DNA of 64,000 bases from an uncultured Lentisphaeria bacterium (GTDB lineage Bacteria; Fidelibacterota; UBA8477; JABMPR01). The notes beneath the pieces were generated by a model. It was not told the DNA's origin, made no database searches, and worked only from the letters and a program-made list of their open reading frames with translations. The DNA lies in assembly GCA_964454335.1 (NCBI GenBank), contig CAYVVT010000003.1, positions 203,316-267,315 of the forward strand, in the 5' to 3' direction. Positions 46,709-55,532 of this stretch are shown here, piece after piece; the first letter of the stretch is position 1; the number at the start of each line of letters is the position of its first letter. Both the position numbers and the translations under genes were made by a program.

Positions 46709-48291
46709 CAGCGACCTCCTGCCAGACTTTTTGCTCTGCGTCTGATGGACCAGCGGACGACGCCTGCAAGCACGATCACAAACGGCGCCAGCAGGATGTT
46801 GATCCATTTAAGAAGCTGGCGTGTGCCCGCCTGTAACTCATCCAGTTGACTGGGTGCGATCTCTTTGGAACGGATTGAGATCAGTCCGTTCTCATCATAC
46901 AGCCAGTCGATGGTATTCAGGAAGAAGGTCAGGGTGGCCGGGATCATGAACTGGCCGCTGGTAAACGTACTGTTCCCCGCCGCCACAAAGGTAGCTGGCA
47001 GCAGCGAACGGTTCAGATGATCCCCCTCATAGAAGATGCTGTCGGGCCGGATTGCTCCGAAATAGCTCTGGTACTCGCCTTCAATGATGGCGGCAACGGT
47101 CTTGCTGCCTTCACGGAAGAGATACTCCGGAAACTGCTGGGATGCTGAGATATTAAGCATACGGGTACGAGGATCGGGTGTGGCATAGCCGGTTTTCTGG
47201 GACGTTCTCAGCAACGACTGGAAACTCACAGTTGTATCTGTACCGGGCTTGATCTCGTTTGCAAAGAAGAAACCGACCTCCGACAAGCGGTTCACGACGG
47301 GATTCTCCATATCCAGATCCGTGATCCTGGGTGCGAAAGGATAAGGAACGGCCACGGGGATCTGGATGATGCCCAGGTTCTGCATGGCCTGTACCTGGAA
47401 ATTCAGATCATCCAGCAGGAGCTGATTGCCGAATTCGAATCCATAGTGTCCCAGGAAATCGAACACATTCGAGCGATTATCCTGTACCGGCATGAACTGA
47501 TTGGTCATGTCGATGGTCTTGGTGTTCAGGAAAGCGCCAATGTGCCCACCACGCATGATGAACTGATCCAGCTTGTATAGCTCAGCGTCGTCGAGGGGAT
47601 CGATGGATCCTACCATCAGCAGAACGGTAAGATCATCAGGTACCCGGTCCTCGGTTGTGAGATCAACCTCAACCAGTTCGTAATTCTTGCGTATCTCTGA
47701 AAGTGCCAGATCCACATCCTGGTCTCCGAACAGGGCCGGTTCGCCGTGACCGGTGAGCCAACCCACCTTGGGCGGGGATCCAGCGATAAGCTTACGGATG
47801 GCCCCGGTCATGTCGTATTCGAGCTGATCGATTCGCTGTGCGAACGGGATCGTCTCCCGCTGATCACCGTACAGGAATACGATCCCCAGGTAGATCCGTT
47901 GGACCTTGATCTCGTCACTCTCCGTGATGTTGGCCTGGACGGGCTGCACACCGTATGATATGGCCTCCTGCTCAAGATCGTCCTCCTCACCGCTCAGCGG
48001 TATGAATTCGTATTCCAGGGACGAACCGGCATAGGCGCGGTATTCATTCAACATGTCCAGAACATACTGTTTCACCGAAATGAGCTGCCGTGGGAAATTC
48101 TCGGAATAATAGATCTTCACCGTGACGGGATCCTCGATCTCGGACAGGATCTCCTTGGTCACGTCACTGATGGAGTAACGCTGGTTCTCCGTAAGATCAA
48201 AGCGAATGAAGAGATCCCGGGCGAAGAGGTTGATGATGAAGATCAGACCGATCAGGATCAGCGTGAAGGACCAGTTGCTTTTTGCCTGCAT
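46708..48291 (-). CDS. GldG-family ABC transporter auxiliary protein
   Basis: RFDLTENQRYSIS, LEYDMTGAI, GWLTGHGE, LDQFIMRGG, FFLNTIDWL, LISIRSK. Confidence 0.88.
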   Translation of the reverse strand: MQAKSNWSFTLILIGLIFIINLFARDLFIRFDLTENQRYSISDVTKEILSEIEDPVTVKIYYSENFPRQLISVKQYVLDMLNEYRAYAGSSLEYEFIPLSGEEDDLEQEAISYGVQPVQANITESDEIKVQRIYLGIVFLYGDQRETIPFAQRIDQLEYDMTGAIRKLIAGSPPKVGWLTGHGEPALFGDQDVDLALSEIRKNYELVEVDLTTEDRVPDDLTVLLMVGSIDPLDDAELYKLDQFIMRGGHIGAFLNTKTIDMTNQFMPVQDNRSNVFDFLGHYGFEFGNQLLLDDLNFQVQAMQNLGIIQIPVAVPYPFAPRITDLDMENPVVNRLSEVGFFFANEIKPGTDTTVSFQSLLRTSQKTGYATPDPRTRMLNISASQQFPEYLFREGSKTVAAIIEGEYQSYFGAIRPDSIFYEGDHLNRSLLPATFVAAGNSTFTSGQFMIPATLTFFLNTIDWLYDENGLISIRSKEIAPSQLDELQAGTRQLLKWINILLAPFVIVLAGVVRWSIRRRAKSLAGGR

Positions 48292-48300
48292 GATCCCCTC

Positions 48301-49020
48301 CTAGCGATACTTGCGACTGCCCAGTGCAGCGGCACTGACAGTGAGCGATACGGTTATGAGTGAAAGGAAATACAGGACATCACGCGAATCCAGGACTCCT
48401 CTGAAGAAATTCTGGTAATGGAAACGGATGCTCAGATTCTCCATGAGAGTAGCCAGCGGTCCGGAACCACTCACCATGCCGTTCATCAGGAAGAAGATGG
48501 AGATGATGATCAGGCCGATGATATAGGCCACGATCTGATTCTTGGTGAAAGCACTGGCGGCCATCCCCATGGCTAGATAGGTGGCGCCCAGCAGGAAGAA
48601 TCCGATATAGCTGGTGAATACGATCCCGCCATCGAGGTCACCCACCATGGAGATCGTCACGGGTGTTACCAGGGTTCCGGCGAGGATGATGGCGAATACG
48701 ACCAGGGTTGACAGGTATTTCCCGATGATGACCTGGAGATCGGTAACCGGCATGGTCACCAGCAACTCAAGGGTATCGTGATGTTTCTCCTCTGCAATAA
48801 GGCGCATGGATACAGCCGGAGCGATGAACAGCATGACGATGCTGCCATAATCGAACAGGCCCCGGATGTCAGCCAGATTGATTGCGAAGAAGGGGTAATC
48901 CCCGAAATCAAAGAATAACCAGCTTGTAATGACCAGAAAGGAGCCGATCACGATGAACGCAATGGGTGAGTTGAAATAGGTCTTCATCTCCTTTCGGTAT
49001 AGTGCGATGACGGCGTACAT
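48301..49020 (-). CDS. GldF-like ABC-2 permease
   Basis: KEMKTYFNSPIAF, PAVSMRLIAEEK, TLELLVTMPV, GKYL, TKNQIVA, RGVLDSRD. Confidence 0.88.
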   Translation of the reverse strand: MYAVIALYRKEMKTYFNSPIAFIVIGSFLVITSWLFFDFGDYPFFAINLADIRGLFDYGSIVMLFIAPAVSMRLIAEEKHHDTLELLVTMPVTDLQVIIGKYLSTLVVFAIILAGTLVTPVTISMVGDLDGGIVFTSYIGFFLLGATYLAMGMAASAFTKNQIVAYIIGLIIISIFFLMNGMVSGSGPLATLMENLSIRFHYQNFFRGVLDSRDVLYFLSLITVSLTVSAAALGSRKYR

Positions 49021-49959
49021 TCAAACCTCCTCGTATGTCAACTGCCGGAAGACGTCTTCCAGGCTGAGTTTGCTTGGGGTCAGCTGCAGAAGTTTCCATT
49101 CGTTGCGCAGGACCAGGTCGAACAGGTCTTCGCGGAGATCCCTGCCGCCGCTTACCGTCAGCTCAGCTTCGACATTCCCATTCCGGGTTTTCTGGATCTG
49201 CTTGATGAGGACACTCTCATAGCCCTCCAGACTCTGCTGCAATTCCTGGCTGCTGCAGTTCTTGACGACCAGGGAGATGGTCTGCTGGCCTTCCACACTG
49301 GCCTGCAGCTCATCAGGTGTCCCCTGGGCTGCGATCACACCATTGTTGATGATGAGCACACGGTCACTGGTTGCCTGGACCTCCTGCATGATATGTGTGG
49401 AGAAGATCACCGTCTTCTTCTCACCAAGCTTGCGGATGAGATTTCGGATCTCTGCGATCTGATTGGGATCAAGACCCGTCGTGGGCTCATCAAGGATCAG
49501 GATATCCGGATCATGCAGGATGGCCTGGGCCAATCCCACACGCTGCCGGAAGCCTTTGGATAATTCATGGTTATCCCGGTGCACAACCGACTCCAGTCCG
49601 CATTCATGGATGACGCGTTCCATGGCACCACCGCGTTTGTCTGCAGTGATCTTGCGGATATCAGCCACAAAATTCAGATAATCCATTACTCCCATATCGT
49701 CATAAAGCGGGGTTTGCTCGGGCAGATAGCCGATCTTACGCCTGACTTCCATGGAATCTTCGATGACGTTCACACCGTCGACGAAGATCTCGCCATGGGT
49801 AGGTGGCATATAACAGGTGATCATTTTCATGGTAGTGGTCTTCCCGGCTCCATTGGGACCCAGAAAACCAAGGATCTCGCCTTCATCTACATTGAAGGAA
49901 ACATCCTTCACCGCATTTAGCGTACCATAGGCTTTGGTTACGTTTCGCAGCTCGATCAA
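49021..49959 (-). CDS. GldA-like ABC transporter ATP-binding protein
   Basis: GPNGAGKTT, LSKGFRQRVGLAQA, ILDEPTTGLDPNQ, STH. Confidence 0.93.
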   Translation of the reverse strand: MIELRNVTKAYGTLNAVKDVSFNVDEGEILGFLGPNGAGKTTTMKMITCYMPPTHGEIFVDGVNVIEDSMEVRRKIGYLPEQTPLYDDMGVMDYLNFVADIRKITADKRGGAMERVIHECGLESVVHRDNHELSKGFRQRVGLAQAILHDPDILILDEPTTGLDPNQIAEIRNLIRKLGEKKTVIFSTHIMQEVQATSDRVLIINNGVIAAQGTPDELQASVEGQQTISLVVKNCSSQELQQSLEGYESVLIKQIQKTRNGNVEAELTVSGGRDLREDLFDLVLRNEWKLLQLTPSKLSLEDVFRQLTYEEV

Positions 49960-50891
49960 TGTTCGACCTCCGTGTTCTTTTCAACTTCTTCACGTTCTAT
50001 TTTTGTATGCTCAACGATCCTGAATGCAAGATTCAGCGCTTGCTCAGCATCATGTTCATCAGGTGTGTAACGGGCAAATTTGACCAGATCGGCCTGCTCC
50101 AGAATGGCCTTGTTGGAACGTTGCAGGTCAGGGTCCAGATCAGGTCCTCCCCCAAAACGATTGACGATCTCCCTGGTGGTCATCTCCAGTGCCAGGAACA
50201 GGAACCGGTTCTCGTAATAGGCACGTACAATCCAGGATAAGCGGCTATAGAATGCCTTGAAGGCCGCTTGCTGGATCAGGTTCTCCGACTCCAGCTTGCC
50301 CAATTCGCGCAGCGCCATGACATGGGCCTCTTCCGGCGGGACATAGTGCTCGGGCATCTTCCGATCGACCCCCTTACCATATTTCCGGATCAGGAGGAAT
50401 GCGGCTACCAGCACACCAATGACCAGCAGGATCAGGACGGCCAGTAGTGGATCCAGTGGCCGGCGGATGTTGTGCAGGTCCTTGATGGCGCGGAAACTCG
50501 TATCTGCGGGTGTGAGTATCGATTCAATTTCCAGCATGGCTCCGGGCAGTCGCATTGAGTCAACACTCTCATCTCCGTCCTGGTAGTAGATCCACATATC
50601 CGGCAAATGGTAGAGACCGGTACTGTCATACACAGCCAGGATCACTTCGACACGACTTTCCACTCGACCCGGTTCAAGACTTTCAGCGATGATCTCAACG
50701 GCTCCCAGATCAGCATCAAAGCGTAGTGCGGTGATGACCTCATCAGCATCATGTGCGATGGAATGTGAGAGACTGACCTGATCTCCCAGCGTAGCCCTCA
50801 GATGGTTGTCGGGAGTGGTAACAAGCCTGGGTTCTGCCTGCAGCGCAGGCGCCAGGATCGTCAGAATGAGTATTGATCGACGCAGCTTCAT
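49956..50891 (-). CDS. BatD/DUF4381-like membrane protein of MoxR operons
   Basis: Signal peptide, Ig-like domain, TM helix, PPEEAHVMAL...FYSRLSWIVRAY...ALEMTT...ADLVKFA. Confidence 0.8.
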   Translation of the reverse strand: MKLRRSILILTILAPALQAEPRLVTTPDNHLRATLGDQVSLSHSIAHDADEVITALRFDADLGAVEIIAESLEPGRVESRVEVILAVYDSTGLYHLPDMWIYYQDGDESVDSMRLPGAMLEIESILTPADTSFRAIKDLHNIRRPLDPLLAVLILLVIGVLVAAFLLIRKYGKGVDRKMPEHYVPPEEAHVMALRELGKLESENLIQQAAFKAFYSRLSWIVRAYYENRFLFLALEMTTREIVNRFGGGPDLDPDLQRSNKAILEQADLVKFARYTPDEHDAEQALNLAFRIVEHTKIEREEVEKNTEVEH

Positions 50892-51766
50892 CGAATTCGC
50901 AGGGCACGCTGCCGAAAGAATTTGATCAGCGGCTCGATGTATGATGTATCTGTCGAGATGGGCAGGTAATCAAGTCCGCTCGTCTTGAAGAATCGTTTCA
51001 ATTCTGCATGTCGTGATCTGTTCTGACTCTGGAAACGTTTACGGATCCTGCTGCTGCCTGAATTGATTACGGCGATCTTTCCGGTCTCGGCATCGTGCAA
51101 CTGAAGCAGTCCGGCATTGGGGAGCTTCATTTCCCACGGATCAGAGAGGTGAATGGAGATCAGATCATGGCGGCGTGAGACCTGCCGGATCCCATTCTGG
51201 AATTCAGGATCAAGGAAATCTGACAACAGGAATACGACCGAGCGTTTTTTCTGTACTCGCCCAAAGAACTCCAGGGCATTCTCGGTATCCGTACCCGGAT
51301 GGCGAGGCTCATGATGCAGCACCTCACGGATCACCCTGAGAACATGAGAACGACCCTTCCTGGGTGGTACGTACTTCTCAACCTTCTCGGTGAAGATGAT
51401 CAAACCGACCTTATCATTGTTCTTGATGGCGGAGAATGCCAGGACTGCACCGATCTCGGCGGCCAATCTGCGTTTCATGCTCTCGCTGGTCCCGAATGCA
51501 CCAGAGGCTGAAGCGTCCACCATTAGCATGACGGTAAGTTCACGCTCCTCTTCGAAGAGCTTCACGTGTGGTACACCACTCCGTGCGGTGACATTCCAGT
51601 CGATTGTCCGGATATCATCTCCAGGCAGGTACTCCCGCACTTCCGCGAATTCCATCCCCCTGCCCTTGAATACCGAATGGTACTCACCGCCGAACACCTC
51701 GTTCACGAGGTGCTTGGTGCTTAACTCGATCTTTCGGACCTTTCGAAGTAATTCGCGATCAATCAA
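50888..51766 (-). CDS. DUF58-domain (vWA-like) protein
   Basis: GMEFAEVREYLPGDDIRTIDWNVTAR, EEERELT, DASAS, LSDF; TTG start. Confidence 0.93.
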   Translation of the reverse strand: MIDRELLRKVRKIELSTKHLVNEVFGGEYHSVFKGRGMEFAEVREYLPGDDIRTIDWNVTARSGVPHVKLFEEERELTVMLMVDASASGAFGTSESMKRRLAAEIGAVLAFSAIKNNDKVGLIIFTEKVEKYVPPRKGRSHVLRVIREVLHHEPRHPGTDTENALEFFGRVQKKRSVVFLLSDFLDPEFQNGIRQVSRRHDLISIHLSDPWEMKLPNAGLLQLHDAETGKIAVINSGSSRIRKRFQSQNRSRHAELKRFFKTSGLDYLPISTDTSYIEPLIKFFRQRALRIR

Positions 51767-51792
51767 TTTGACAACAATCGTTTAATAATTTT

Positions 51793-51819
51793 GTAACCTA
51801 CTGATATATAGGCACATGG
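51793..51819. repeat. 27-bp motif, copy 4 (one arm degenerate, opposite orientation)
   Basis: GTAACCTACTGATATATAGGCACATGG preceded by ATTTT (reverse complement of the AAAAT flank); lies in the moxR-DUF58 gap. Confidence 0.45.
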
Positions 51820-51841
51820 GGACATTTACCTGCAGAATGAG

Positions 51842-52834
51842 TTAAGGAACTTCGATTGTCTCGAAGACCTTCTGTACGATGTCCTCGCTGGACACCTCTT
51901 CTGCTTCGGCTTCGTATGAGACAAGGATTCTGTGCCGCAGTACATCCATGCCGATGGCCCGGATATCGTCCGGTGTCACATAGCCTCGCTGGCTGATGAA
52001 GGCATGCGCTTTTGCTGCCAGGCTGAGATTGATGGAGGCCCGCGGTGAGGCACCATACTCTATCAGATCTGTATACTCGGCGAGCCCATACTTGCCAGGA
52101 TCGCGTGTGGCAAAAACGAGACTGACGATATAGCGATGGATCTTCTCATCGATATAGATGCCGTCCAGGGTCTTACGGGCATCCAGTATGTCCTTGGGAT
52201 CAATCACCGGTTTGGGGGCATCCAGGGGCTCAGGATGGGCCATTCGACGAATGATCTCCAGTTCTTCCTCTTCATTGGGGTAATCGACCTTCAATTTCAG
52301 CATGAAGCGGTCCACCTGAGCCTCCGGCAGAGGATAAGTACCCTCCTGCTCGATGGGATTCTGAGTGGCCAGCACCAGGAAGGGTTCCTCCAGCTTGAAT
52401 GTCTCATCACCGATGGTGATCTGCTTCTCCTGCATGGCTTCCAACAGGGCAGCTTGTACCTTGGCAGGCGAGCGGTTGATCTCATCCGCCAGGATGATAT
52501 TGGAGAAGAGGGGGCCCTTTTTCACCGTGAATTCACCCGTCTTCTGGTTGAAGATGAGCGTGCCCAGCAGATCTGCCGGCAGGAGGTCAGGTGTAAACTG
52601 GATCCTGCTGAAACTGGTATTGATCAGTTGGGCGATGGTTTTGATAGCCAGGGTCTTGGCGAGTCCCGGTACACCTTCCAGCAGAATGTGCCCGTTTGCC
52701 AGCAGACCGATGAGGATCCTGCGGACCATCTTCTGCTGGCCCACCAGGATCTTGCCAAGTTCACTCTCCAGCGTGGCGATGAACGTCGAACGCTGCTGAA
52801 TGCGTTCATTCAGTTTTTCAAGATCGAATGTCAT
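51842..52834 (-). CDS. moxR: MoxR-family AAA+ ATPase
   Basis: LEGVPGLAKT, RIQFTPDLLPAD, LADEINR, ATQNPIEQEGTYPLPEAQVDRF, GASPRA. Confidence 0.95.
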   Translation of the reverse strand: MTFDLEKLNERIQQRSTFIATLESELGKILVGQQKMVRRILIGLLANGHILLEGVPGLAKTLAIKTIAQLINTSFSRIQFTPDLLPADLLGTLIFNQKTGEFTVKKGPLFSNIILADEINRSPAKVQAALLEAMQEKQITIGDETFKLEEPFLVLATQNPIEQEGTYPLPEAQVDRFMLKLKVDYPNEEEELEIIRRMAHPEPLDAPKPVIDPKDILDARKTLDGIYIDEKIHRYIVSLVFATRDPGKYGLAEYTDLIEYGASPRASINLSLAAKAHAFISQRGYVTPDDIRAIGMDVLRHRILVSYEAEAEEVSSEDIVQKVFETIEVP

Positions 52835-52847
52835 AGTTCCGTTTTAC

Positions 52848-53558
52848 TTACGAAGGATCAGATAACAGATGCTTCAGTTCAGGGATATCCTCCAGGGCCT
52901 TCCCCAGGTACTTCAACTCGAATACCACCGAGGGGACCATCTCGTGGTCTGGATAGCTTTCGAGAAACTTCTGATAGTAGGTCCTGGCGTTGTCCTGCTC
53001 AGCCAGTTCATTTGCATAGATATAGCCGATGGAGAACAGGGCTTTGGGCGCCTGCTCGGTGTCAGGGTGATTATCGACAACATATTCATAGGTCGTGATG
53101 GCTCGTTTCAGGTCACGGATATTCTTGTGGTAGACTTCCGCCAGCTCATAACGCACCTCATGGGCAGCTTCATCTTCAGCGAAGCGTTCCAGCCACTGCT
53201 CATACCCGCTGACGGCAGCATCGCTGGCATAGACTTCCATTGCTTTCTTGATGAGATCCCTGAGTGCCTGTGACTCAGCAGCTCCCGCGTTGGCAATGGC
53301 AAGCCCATAGTAATGACGTGCACTATCGGCATCCTTGATATAATAGTTGAGCAGGTCACCCGCTTTCTCATTGGCAGCAAGGGAGCCAGCTTCATCCATG
53401 GCTTTTCCTGCCGCATTGGCAAAAGCGTCCAGGGCCTTATCGTACTCCCCCTGATCCTGTAGATCTACGCCCATTGTCATGTATTCCTCATAGCTTTTGC
53501 TGCAGCTGACAGCCAACAAACCCATGACAACCAGTATTACAACCCACAAACGTCTCAT
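52848..53558 (-). CDS. Tetratricopeptide-repeat lipoprotein
   Basis: Lipobox LAVSC; TPR repeats (APKALFSIGYIY...YQKFLESYP). Confidence 0.88.
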   Translation of the reverse strand: MRRLWVVILVVMGLLAVSCSKSYEEYMTMGVDLQDQGEYDKALDAFANAAGKAMDEAGSLAANEKAGDLLNYYIKDADSARHYYGLAIANAGAAESQALRDLIKKAMEVYASDAAVSGYEQWLERFAEDEAAHEVRYELAEVYHKNIRDLKRAITTYEYVVDNHPDTEQAPKALFSIGYIYANELAEQDNARTYYQKFLESYPDHEMVPSVVFELKYLGKALEDIPELKHLLSDPS

Positions 53559-53711
53559 TCTTTTAATTCCCTCTCATTGATTCCACTTCAAAGCGCGCAA
53601 AATATCTCTCTTATGCCCAGTCAATTCAACTAGAAAAAATCATTATATACCAACGCCTTCGGCACTGCATACACATATGGGCTGAAAATGTTCCTGAAAA
53701 ATTCATCCATA

Positions 53712-55532
53712 TTAAAACGCATGTGAAATCGCGATGTGCATCTGCCCTTTACCGGTTCCCCCCTCCTTCAGGAATGGGATACCATAATCAACCCTGGCTG
53801 GACCTATGGGCGTATCAATGGTAAGACCGAAACCGAAGGCAGATTCCAGATCTTCCAGATTAAAATCCTCGATCTCGGACCACAGGAATCCTGTATCATA
53901 GAAGAGTTCACCGCCGATGATCTTGTAGATGGGAAACCTCAACTCAAGATTGGCGAACAGTCGCAGATGCCCACCCTGGGGAGTCAGCCCCGACCCCGCC
54001 GGATCGAGCCCCTGGTGGTCGAATCCCCTCACACTGCTATTGCCGCCCAGGTAATAGCGCTGCAGGGGCGGGATCGCAGTCGTGCTATCCTGCACCCCGG
54101 AAACGGCGATATTCAAATTCTGAGCGAATACCGCCAGATCGAACAGGTTCCAATAAGTACTGACGGCACTCTCCATCTGCCAGTAATGCTGTTGTCCACC
54201 GAAGAAGTATCCCACCAGTTTTGGCTCAAGCGTGACTTTGTAGCCCCTCGATGGTTTAAAATAATCGTTACGTCCATCAAATAGCATGTTGATGTCGAAG
54301 CTGCGCTGCTCCTCGTAGACGATCTCATCCTCTGTCTGTTCACCTTGAGAACTTACCGTGCTCCATTCCAGGAACGACACGATCTTAACCCGGCGAAACC
54401 AGCGATAGCTGGTTCCTATGCGCAGACCTCCGGCCAGGCTCTGACGTGCCACAGGTCTTTCCCTGTCATTGAAATAGCGATAAAACGGATTCACTGTGAA
54501 CGGGATCCGGACACCCAGGATCCAGGGTTCGACATAGAACAGATCAAGATGGAAGATCGTCGGGATAAAGATATTCGGATAAATGGAATTGACCTGCGTC
54601 TGGACCTTCAGGCGGCGACTTGAATCAAATAGATTGTTGTGGTACCAGCTTCCGGTAAGCCCCATACTCACCACCGGATCAGCATTGATGTACTCCGCCT
54701 TCTGTTCGGCACCGAAATCGATGTCGAATGCCCTGAACTTGGCCGGCAGGGCTTCCACCAACAGGTCCAGTGTCCTGGCGCTGCTGTCGAGGCTTGTTGT
54801 GGAAATGTTCACATTGCTGAACAGACTGGTCTCGAAAAGGCGTCTTTTGGACTCCTCGATGCGGCTGATGTTGAAAAGGTCGCCGGATTTGACGATCAGC
54901 TCGCGTTCTATGATCCTGGCGGGGATATCTTCGAGTTCCGGAATAACGATATTCCCGATACTCAGTTTGAGACCCTCACTTACCTGGATAAACAGCTCCA
55001 CGGAATCAGAAACGGCGACACTGTCCCGGATCATCACCAGTGGGTATCCATTCTCCTCATACTCACGCAGTACAAGCTGAAGCTGTGAACGGATCTCGAA
55101 AACGTTGAATGGAGCACCACGTTGAAAATTGATGTTTGCGAGGTATTTCTCATCACTGTATACCTCGTTCCCCTGGATCGTGATATCTCTCAGATAATAC
55201 CTGGGCCCTTCAAATACGATGAAGACCACCTCGATCGCATCCGGGCTGAGTTCTACCAGTGAATCACGGACGGTAGCATCCAGGAATCCATACTGCTGGT
55301 AGAAATTTTTCAGCTTCTGGCCTTCCCGGTTCACGTGGTGGAGATTGTACAAAGAACCATTCGAGAACAGCGTTTTGGGCTGCAGGCTTATCTCACCCTG
55401 CAACTCTGCAGAACTGATGAAAGTGTTGCCCTGAAATACAATCTCGACGATCTCAGGAGGTTCAAGACCTTCCTGACCAGAGAGTCCTGATGCCAGGGTG
55501 CATAAAAGCAATATGCAAGAAAGATGTTTCAT
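53712..55532 (-). CDS. Omp85 BamA/TamA-family outer-membrane protein (three POTRA domains, TamA-like)
   Basis: POTRA repeats, YLGGNSSVRGF, ELRFP, TPIGPARVDYG, C-terminal F. Confidence 0.9.
   Translation of the reverse strand: MKHLSCILLLCTLASGLSGQEGLEPPEIVEIVFQGNTFISSAELQGEISLQPKTLFSNGSLYNLHHVNREGQKLKNFYQQYGFLDATVRDSLVELSPDAIEVVFIVFEGPRYYLRDITIQGNEVYSDEKYLANINFQRGAPFNVFEIRSQLQLVLREYEENGYPLVMIRDSVAVSDSVELFIQVSEGLKLSIGNIVIPELEDIPARIIERELIVKSGDLFNISRIEESKRRLFETSLFSNVNISTTSLDSSARTLDLLVEALPAKFRAFDIDFGAEQKAEYINADPVVSMGLTGSWYHNNLFDSSRRLKVQTQVNSIYPNIFIPTIFHLDLFYVEPWILGVRIPFTVNPFYRYFNDRERPVARQSLAGGLRIGTSYRWFRRVKIVSFLEWSTVSSQGEQTEDEIVYEEQRSFDINMLFDGRNDYFKPSRGYKVTLEPKLVGYFFGGQQHYWQMESAVSTYWNLFDLAVFAQNLNIAVSGVQDSTTAIPPLQRYYLGGNSSVRGFDHQGLDPAGSGLTPQGGHLRLFANLELRFPIYKIIGGELFYDTGFLWSEIEDFNLEDLESAFGFGLTIDTPIGPARVDYGIPFLKEGGTGKGQMHIAISHAF

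Noticed and set aside
45809-49959. Assigning gldA/gldF/gldG symbols and gliding motility
   Set aside because: Gld-like ABC systems with DUF4340 are widespread in non-gliding bacteria; the family is supported but the function is not.
52136-53098. 320-aa plus-strand ORF opposite moxR and the TPR gene
   Set aside because: Antisense shadow of strongly conserved genes; no motif of its own.
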